Assembly (NCBI GenBank): GCA_963753065.1
Contig: CAVWAQ010000002.1
Location: forward strand, 145,863-209,862
Length of the DNA stretch: 64,000 nt
Source: Candidatus Bathyarchaeota archaeon
Lineage (GTDB): Archaea > Thermoproteota > Bathyarchaeia > 40CM-2-53-6
Direction of reading: 5' to 3'
Position numbers and translations under genes: made by a program. Shown piece by piece: positions 57,406-64,000 of the stretch. Within the stretch, counting starts at the first letter, position 1. The number at the start of each line of letters is the position of its first letter. Under the pieces are notes generated by a model. It worked only from the letters and a program-made list of their open reading frames with translations. It did no database searches and had not been told where the DNA came from.

Positions 57406-57911
57406 CTGGCGTGGAGCTGAAGCAAGGATGATGGGATTAAGAAGAAGGAGGACAATGAACCATTCCCCATACGGCAGGATGTCTCAACTCGGTCAATTGA
57501 AACTATATTCATCACTTAAGGTAACCTGGGAATAACTCTGCTTCCATTTGTGACGACGCTGAGGGATGCGTCGGACACAAGTGAACATTGAGCCGCTTGT
57601 AATGTTGTGTTTACCGTCCTAGCGGGTCGCATATCGAAGACGCTCGCCAAACGGTGATCACCATTTGCTAAAACATGGCGTAGCCGATGGATTCTATCGC
57701 ACGCCGCGGAAAGGCAGGCAAGAATGCCCGCAAGTCGAACACATTACCTGAACTGGATCCGAAATATCGTAGCTCTTTGCCTTACAAGGTACTCATTATG
57801 TGGTACAGAGCCTTCGAAGCAACAGACAGAAAGTTGATGACGCGAACTTCAGAGGATTACATGCGATGGACCCTGCACCAGAGCTCTCCTCAGTGCGTGA
57901 ATGATAGGCCT

Positions 57912-59465
57912 CTAGATCGCAGAGGACGATGCGCAAGGGTTCAAACTGCTCTCTTGGGAATCGCTTTGTTTCAGAACTTTGGCCAAGCTGTTGATATCTC
58001 TTGATATCTCTCGGTCTTCTTGGAGTTTCGGAACAACTTTCCTCACAAATCCGCATGTCTCCATATTCGCTGGACTTAGGTTCTCGATTCCCCGAGTCTC
58101 TGCGGCTTCAGCAGCGCACAGGAGTTCGATCGCAACGATGATACGGACGTTCTCCTCGATGCGCATCAACTTGAGTCCTGCCGTCGGACCCATGCTGACG
58201 AAGTCTTCGAAGTCAGCAGATGTCGGTATCGAGTCCACGCTGGCTGGATGAGCCATGACTTTGTTCTCCGAGGCCAGTGCAGCTGCAGTGTATTGGATAG
58301 CCATCAGGCCTGAACTCACTCCTGGTTTCGCGCTGCGAGGAATAAGGAACGCAGGCAACCCAGAGTTCAGCTTGGGATCAAGGAGCCTAGCGATCCTTCT
58401 CTCAACGAGGTTGCCGATGGTCGTAGCTGCTATCGCCAACATGTCCAGAACGATTGCTACTGGTTGTCCGTGGAAGTTGCCGCCTGAGAGAACCTCGCGG
58501 TCCTCCGGAAATATGAGCGGATTATCATTTGCCGAGTTGAGTTCCGTCTGAATCGTCTTCGATGCATAGCCAGTTGCGTCGCGTGCTGCGCCCATTACCT
58601 GAGGAACACATCTTAGAGAATACGGGTCCTGACGGTGCATTCCTTTCAGGATGCGATGTTCACCGGAGCTAACGAGTTTGCTCCCAGCAAGCAGCTCTGC
58701 CATATGCTCGGCGCTTGAGACTTGGCCCATGTGGGGCCGGGCTTGATGCAGTCTCTTGTCGAAGGGCTCGGTGAGGCCCTCCAACGCCTCAAGTGACAAG
58801 GAAGCTGACCGCTCAGCAAAGTCAATGAGTCGCGTGATATCGTGGATCATGAGCGCACCGATGGCGGTCATCATCTGGGTTCCATTGATCAGTGCCAGAC
58901 CCTCCTTTGCTTTCAGACGCACAGGAGCGATCGACGCTGTGCGGAGAGCTTCAGAGCCAGTCATAGTCTGGCCCGAGTGTTCGGCGTAGCCTTCTCCAAT
59001 CATCACAAGCGCCAAGTGCGCCAGTGGCGCGAGATCGCCGCTTGCACCGACCGATCCTCTTTCAGGTATTATCGGGTGGACTCGGGAATTGATCATGGCG
59101 ATGAGTGTTTCGAGTGTTGGAAGCCTTATTCCGGAGAGTCCCTTCGCTAGGGTGTTGGCCCTGTGGAGCATCATCGCTCGGGTTACATCCGTAGGCAAGG
59201 CTGGCCCGACACCTGCCGCGTGACTTCTGATTAGATTAAGCTGGAGGTCCTCCAGATCTGCTGACGAGACCATTATGTTGCTCAATGCACCGAAACCCGT
59301 GTTTATGCCATAGATCACCTTAGAGTCTGCAAGCTCTTCTAGCACGTTCCGGCATCTTACAACTTTTTCTCGAGCAACATCTCCGAGCGCGACGTGCTCG
59401 TAGTGTCGTGCGACATGAACGACATCGTCAATTCCTAGAGAGGCTCCGTCAAGCACAATGGTCAT
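57912..59465 (-). CDS. hutH: Histidine ammonia-lyase (MIO-dependent aromatic amino-acid lyase family)
   Basis: MIO precursor motif GSVGASGDLAPLAHLA, 517 aa and HAL/PAL architecture. Confidence 0.85.
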   Translation of the reverse strand: MTIVLDGASLGIDDVVHVARHYEHVALGDVAREKVVRCRNVLEELADSKVIYGINTGFGALSNIMVSSADLEDLQLNLIRSHAAGVGPALPTDVTRAMMLHRANTLAKGLSGIRLPTLETLIAMINSRVHPIIPERGSVGASGDLAPLAHLALVMIGEGYAEHSGQTMTGSEALRTASIAPVRLKAKEGLALINGTQMMTAIGALMIHDITRLIDFAERSASLSLEALEGLTEPFDKRLHQARPHMGQVSSAEHMAELLAGSKLVSSGEHRILKGMHRQDPYSLRCVPQVMGAARDATGYASKTIQTELNSANDNPLIFPEDREVLSGGNFHGQPVAIVLDMLAIAATTIGNLVERRIARLLDPKLNSGLPAFLIPRSAKPGVSSGLMAIQYTAAALASENKVMAHPASVDSIPTSADFEDFVSMGPTAGLKLMRIEENVRIIVAIELLCAAEAAETRGIENLSPANMETCGFVRKVVPKLQEDREISRDINSLAKVLKQSDSQESSLNPCASSSAI

Positions 59466-59546
59466 TCGGGAATCATTTCACGAGTATGACGCAGAATAGG
59501 GTCTAAATGTATCGGTCTCTCGCCTAGTCGCATCGCGCGGCCGCTC

Positions 59547-62447
59547 TCAAAGGAACCTTCTCTTCAAGGCGTCACGCTCAGCCTGCATAATCAATTCGAA
59601 TATCTTGTCTGAGATCCGCTTCTCTTTGCGGAGTATCTTCTTGGCGTCCCCCGGTCCGAGTCTGCGTCCCGCCTGCACCACAACGGCTGCCCTTCCGTAC
59701 TTGCGTATGACTTCTGCGGATTCCAAGAGCTGATCGAGTATCCGCTTGTCGGCCTTGGCGACTACCCTGCCCTTCCTACGCATAATTACCTCCACATCGT
59801 TGGGATCACGGGAGAGAGCACCAACCGATTTTGACCCGCACTTCGGACAGACAACAGAGTTCTCTAAATCGCTGATGCGTACGATCGCGCCATAGTTCCA
59901 ACATGACGTGCACACTAGCGTCATAGATTCACCCAGTATCCTCGCACGAGCAGAATCGATCAGGATGCGCTTCATCTTATCTGATGGGATCAGGTCAGTT
60001 TTCATGCTGATGCGTTCTATTCCAAGTTTCGCCACGGGGCTGAGTTCCTGCAATCCACTCTGAACGGTTAGCTTGATTCGTTCGTCGCGTATGTCAAGGA
60101 GCACCCGTCTGGTGTTGGGGAGATCCAGATCCTTTCTCAATGTCTCATTGAGCGTCTCTTCAGAGATCACGGTGCCTTCGAAGCTTCTCATCAAGCGCCC
60201 AAGTCGCACGCTACTAAGATCTGCCCACTTAGATATCGCTCCAAATCGCTTCGCGACATGAACCATCCGTCGCTTGTACATGCCTGTCTTGACGGAAGCC
60301 TTCCTAGCCAAGTCCTCAAGGTCCATCTTCCCGAGTCTACGCAACACGGCCGCAATTCGAGCCGCATCTGCAACGCCAGCAGATTGGATGACAATCCTGT
60401 ACGCGTCTTGCTGAACTCCAACTGTGGATCCGGCTTCTTCAGAGAGAATGTATCCGACAAGTCTGGCGAGCGTGCGGTTGACAAGCAGTCCGAAGTGACA
60501 GCAGATCACCACGTACTCATCCCAATCTTCCAATGTGACAAGCTGGTCTGTTGGGACATCAATCTCCAGTGCGGCCTGATCGATTGTCTCTGAGAGGGCT
60601 GAGTGCATCGTTTCTGTGTCGCAAGGGTACTCATGCAACAGTTCGATTGCTATTGCTTCTTTGCCCTTGCCGCTTCGCAGTGCTTCAACAACACGTCTGC
60701 GAATTGCTCCGACCTCGATTCCCACTTCGTAGGGGACAGGGATCTCTTCTCCGATCCAGCTGGGTATGGCTCCTGTTGGGTCGGTTATTGCTCGCACGTA
60801 GATCGTTTCGCCCTTGATGCTCTCCATCTTCCAGGGGCTTCCGCGCACGATGAACTTGGTTCCGGGTGTGCCGTATTCCGCAACGAATGCCTCGTCAAGG
60901 ACACCAACTGGAGAGTTCCCGGACTTGTCGACAATTAGGTACTGTTTCTCATCCGGGATCATCGAGAGTTTCCCGAAATAGTAAGTGTATATGTCTTTGA
61001 GTCGACGCGGTCTGAGCAGGACCTGGTCCTGAGGGGAGAACCAGCAAAGCCTAGGGTAACGCGAATGCATGTACTCGACTACGCGCGTTAGATCAGACTC
61101 GCTTAGATTCTTGTAGGGTCCGGCGTTCTTGAAGATGTCAAGTATCTCGCGGATGTACCAGCGACTCTTCTGTATCAATAGACCAACGATCTGGTGTGTT
61201 AGCACATCAAGTGGTTTTTCAGGCACCTCCACTGGCTCGAGCTCCTCCTGCATCGCCCGACGGGCTATTACCAGTGCCTCGAGGGCATCATCTGAATCCA
61301 TTGCGATGATTACCCCCTCCGCAACGCCCCCAACGCTGTGTCCGCTTCTCCCTACCCGCTGAATCAGCCTGGTCACTTGGCGTGGGCTCATGTATTGTAT
61401 GACGAAGTCAATCCTCCCAACGTCTATTCCAAGTTCAAGCGATGAGGTCGCAACAAGTCCTTTCAGCTCACCGCTCTTCAGCCCTTGCTCAGCGGACACG
61501 CGTGACGGTTTTGCCAAGGATCCGTGATGGATCGAGATTGGGAAGTTCATGTCCCAGATCTTGAATCGACTTGTCAAGACCTCGGCGACCGCACGAGTGT
61601 TCGTGAATAGAATAACTGACCGGTGTTTGTCGATTAGCTCTCGCATCAGCCTCAAGCGGGCAGCGACGTCAGGATGAGTATACAGTCTGGCCGCAAGTCG
61701 CGAACTCTCCGCGTCAGACTGAGGCAGTTGGACCTTCACGTCCATCTTGCGCCCCACTGGAACGCGCACGATAGAAACAGGTCGAGCGGTTCCCGCAAGG
61801 AACTCTGCAACTCTTTCTGGAGTTCCGATCGTCGCTGAGAGACCGATTATTTGGAAGTCTCTGCCTGTTATCCATCGCAACCTTTCCAATCCGAGTGAAA
61901 GCTGGCTTCCTCGCTTATCCTCCGCGAGCTCATGCACCTCGTCCACTATGACATAGGCGACCTTCCGGAGATTCTTTCGCATTATTCTTCCTGGCATTAT
62001 CGCTTGCAGAGTCTCAGGGGTTAGGATTAGCATGTCGGGTGGGTTGCGTGACTGCAATCCGCGTTCCTTCGTCTCCGTATCTCCATGCCTGACAGCGACC
62101 CTGACGTCTATGCGGTGGCACCACCACTCCAGTCTCTGTAGCATGTCGCGATTCAGCGCACGCAGGGGGGAAATGTACAGGATCGCAATCCCGGGTTCAT
62201 CCGTCTTCGAGGTGATGAACCGGCTTAGGACGGGAAGAACTGCTGCCTCCGTCTTCCCAGAAGCGGTGGGCGAGATCAGGAGGACATTCTCTCCATCTAC
62301 GATCTTTGGGATGGCTTGTGCCTGAGGTTCTGTCGGTTCAGTGAAGCCGCGTTCGCGCACTGCCTCAAGGACCGGTCTCGCGAGCAGAGAGAAAACGTCG
62401 CTTTCAGCAGTGCTCATGTTAGCGTGGCCTCGGCTGCAAGAGAACAA
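59547..62447 (-). CDS. lhr: Lhr-type large ATP-dependent helicase (SF2, DEVH box)
   Basis: Motif I SPTASGKTEAAVLP, motif II DEVHEL, an SAT-like motif, and a long C-terminal Lhr-core extension ending in a zinc ribbon (CPKCGS...C); 966 aa. Confidence 0.85.
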   Translation of the reverse strand: MFSCSRGHANMSTAESDVFSLLARPVLEAVRERGFTEPTEPQAQAIPKIVDGENVLLISPTASGKTEAAVLPVLSRFITSKTDEPGIAILYISPLRALNRDMLQRLEWWCHRIDVRVAVRHGDTETKERGLQSRNPPDMLILTPETLQAIMPGRIMRKNLRKVAYVIVDEVHELAEDKRGSQLSLGLERLRWITGRDFQIIGLSATIGTPERVAEFLAGTARPVSIVRVPVGRKMDVKVQLPQSDAESSRLAARLYTHPDVAARLRLMRELIDKHRSVILFTNTRAVAEVLTSRFKIWDMNFPISIHHGSLAKPSRVSAEQGLKSGELKGLVATSSLELGIDVGRIDFVIQYMSPRQVTRLIQRVGRSGHSVGGVAEGVIIAMDSDDALEALVIARRAMQEELEPVEVPEKPLDVLTHQIVGLLIQKSRWYIREILDIFKNAGPYKNLSESDLTRVVEYMHSRYPRLCWFSPQDQVLLRPRRLKDIYTYYFGKLSMIPDEKQYLIVDKSGNSPVGVLDEAFVAEYGTPGTKFIVRGSPWKMESIKGETIYVRAITDPTGAIPSWIGEEIPVPYEVGIEVGAIRRRVVEALRSGKGKEAIAIELLHEYPCDTETMHSALSETIDQAALEIDVPTDQLVTLEDWDEYVVICCHFGLLVNRTLARLVGYILSEEAGSTVGVQQDAYRIVIQSAGVADAARIAAVLRRLGKMDLEDLARKASVKTGMYKRRMVHVAKRFGAISKWADLSSVRLGRLMRSFEGTVISEETLNETLRKDLDLPNTRRVLLDIRDERIKLTVQSGLQELSPVAKLGIERISMKTDLIPSDKMKRILIDSARARILGESMTLVCTSCWNYGAIVRISDLENSVVCPKCGSKSVGALSRDPNDVEVIMRRKGRVVAKADKRILDQLLESAEVIRKYGRAAVVVQAGRRLGPGDAKKILRKEKRISDKIFELIMQAERDALKRRFL

Positions 62448-62507
62448 CGCTGAATAAAAGTGCGAAGCGTATCTTCACGTGGGTCTCGCTTGACGCTAGC
62501 TGGCTTC

Positions 62508-62530
62508 GTTGTGTCAAATGTTTAAGAGAG
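62508..62530 (+). promoter_or_regulatory. Possible BRE/TATA element (AAATGTTTAAGAGAG) about 45 nt upstream of aIF5B
   Basis: AT-rich TTTAAG motif in the divergent intergenic region between lhr and infB. Confidence 0.2.
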
Positions 62531-62569
62531 ATTGTCTTCATGAAGCGCCTGCCGGTCGTGTGATGAGAT

Positions 62570-64000
62570 ATGCCTTTGCGACAACCAATTGTGGCCGTGC
62601 TTGGCCACGTAGATCATGGAAAGACGACGCTTCTTGACAAGATCAGAGGCACATCTGTCGCATCCCGGGAACCAGGGCAGATAACTCAGTGGATAGGGGC
62701 AAGTCTGCTGCCGTCCTCAGTTATCAAAGAGACCTGCGGTACCTTGTTGGATCAGTTCAAAATCACGATACAGGTACCAGGACTGCTATTCATCGACACC
62801 CCTGGGCATGAGACGTTCTCCAACCTCAGACGAAGAGGTGGCTCTGCAGCTGACATAGCTATTCTCGTCATCGATATTTCGAAAGGTGTTGAGCCCCAGA
62901 CAACTGAGTCCCTGAATATTCTGAAGAGCAGGAAGACGCCTTTCGTGGTGGCCGCTAACAAGGTTGATCTCATAAAGGGATGGAAATCCACGGCAGATGC
63001 CTCGTTCGTGGCCTCCTACAAGCAACAGGCGCCTGAGATCCAGACCGAGCTTGATAATCGAATATACACCATAATGGGCACTCTCTCGAGACTCGGTTTC
63101 AGGTCAGAGCGGTTTGACAGGATCACAGACTTCACGAAAGATGTTGCGATAATTCCAACTTGCGCCCGCACGGGTGAGGGAATTCCGGAGCTATTGGTTG
63201 TTCTGGCGGGGCTAACACAGGCCTACATGCATGACAAACTCGAGACCAGAGCTGGGCCTGCAGTTGGAACAGTCCTTGAGGTCAAGGAAGAACCAGGTCT
63301 GGGCATGACGATAAACGCCATTATCTACGATGGTGTCCTCAAGGTGAACGACACAATTGTACTCGGAGGAAGACAAGGTCCACTGACAACGAAAGTTCGT
63401 GCACTTCTTCTTCCCAAGCCTCTTGACGAAATTCGAGATCCCAGAGAGAAATTCGTGAACGTGGAACGAACAGCCGCCGCGTCAGGAGTAAAGATCGCTG
63501 CCCCGAACCTTGACGACGCCTTGGCGGGATCAGCTATCTACGCCGTCCCTCATGGCAAGAACGCAAAAGAGTATGCGCGAATGATAGTGGAAGAGGTTGA
63601 GAAACTGAGAATACAGACCGATCGAGACGGTGTCATTCTCAAGACTGACACTCTGGGCTCACTCGAAGCCATAACGGCATCGCTATCAAACTACGGTATC
63701 CCACTTAGACTCGCCGACGTGGGTGATGTTTCGAAACGCGATATAGCGGAGGCCGAAGCCGTCTGGGTCGACGATAGACTGCATGCCGTGGTGCTAGCGT
63801 TCAACGTCAGAGTGCTTCCGGATGCCCAGCAAGAGGCAGCCAGTGCAGGGATTCTAATCTTCAAGGCCGAGATAATCTACCACCTGCTCGAGGACTACCT
63901 AAAGTGGTTTGAGGACCAGCGGGCGGCAGGCGTGAAAGCCGAGCTGGACAGTCTGATCAGGCCAGGATCGGTCAAGGTGCTTCCTGGATTTGTCTTCAGA
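62570..64000 (+). CDS. infB: Translation initiation factor aIF5B (IF2 homolog), 5' partial (continues beyond the window)
   Basis: MPLRQPIVAVLGHVDHGKTTLLDKIRG (G1), DTPGHETF (G3) and NKVD (G4). No stop codon before the window end. Confidence 0.8.
   Translation, partial: MPLRQPIVAVLGHVDHGKTTLLDKIRGTSVASREPGQITQWIGASLLPSSVIKETCGTLLDQFKITIQVPGLLFIDTPGHETFSNLRRRGGSAADIAILVIDISKGVEPQTTESLNILKSRKTPFVVAANKVDLIKGWKSTADASFVASYKQQAPEIQTELDNRIYTIMGTLSRLGFRSERFDRITDFTKDVAIIPTCARTGEGIPELLVVLAGLTQAYMHDKLETRAGPAVGTVLEVKEEPGLGMTINAIIYDGVLKVNDTIVLGGRQGPLTTKVRALLLPKPLDEIRDPREKFVNVERTAAASGVKIAAPNLDDALAGSAIYAVPHGKNAKEYARMIVEEVEKLRIQTDRDGVILKTDTLGSLEAITASLSNYGIPLRLADVGDVSKRDIAEAEAVWVDDRLHAVVLAFNVRVLPDAQQEAASAGILIFKAEIIYHLLEDYLKWFEDQRAAGVKAELDSLIRPGSVKVLPGFVFR

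Noticed and set aside
57687-58004. ORF 57687..58004 on the plus strand (105 aa)
   Set aside because: It overlaps the 3' end of hutH on the opposite strand and has no recognisable motif. It is probably spurious.
62570-64000. Intein in aIF5B, or in ThrRS or Lhr
   Set aside because: The visible aIF5B G-domain and the other large proteins read continuously through their conserved motifs, with no inserted Hint or endonuclease-like block.

Overview
A 64-kb archaeal chromosomal segment at about 55% GC, with no rRNA genes and no CRISPR array. Gene content points to the TACK superphylum, most consistently a Thaumarchaeota (Nitrososphaeria)-like organism. The evidence is a CdvA/ESCRT-III/Vps4 (CdvABC-type) cell-division locus with two extra ESCRT-III paralogs, Alba, ribosomal protein eS26, a PEF-CTERM (ArtE-type) sorting signal, archaeal-type ThrRS, ProRS and ArgS, two tRNA genes with non-canonical introns, and a propionyl-CoA to succinyl-CoA module (methylmalonyl-CoA epimerase, two mutase large-subunit paralogs, a B12-binding subunit and MeaB) next to two thiolase/DUF35 pairs. 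The window also holds lipid and cofactor genes (geranylgeranyl reductase, UbiA prenyltransferase, NAPRTase, CDP-alcohol phosphatidyltransferase), an E1-like ThiF/MoeB protein coupled to a mini-ThiI PP-loop ATPase, a peptide ABC transporter, a reduced ribosomal-protein cluster (uL2-uS8-uL18-uL30) beside an IS6-family transposase, a histidine ammonia-lyase, an Lhr helicase and the 5' part of aIF5B. Several anomalies stand out. Five genes carry apparent single-nucleotide frameshifts. The B12-binding mutase subunit is interrupted by a 19-nt insertion that carries overlapping XbaI/BglII sites. Both tRNAs have an intron between positions 9 and 10 together with a duplicated 5' acceptor segment. An 830-bp gene-free region contains two covarying palindromic elements that share an AGAGAATTCT tail. 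Coordinates I derived myself rather than from the ORF track may be off by 1-2 nt.
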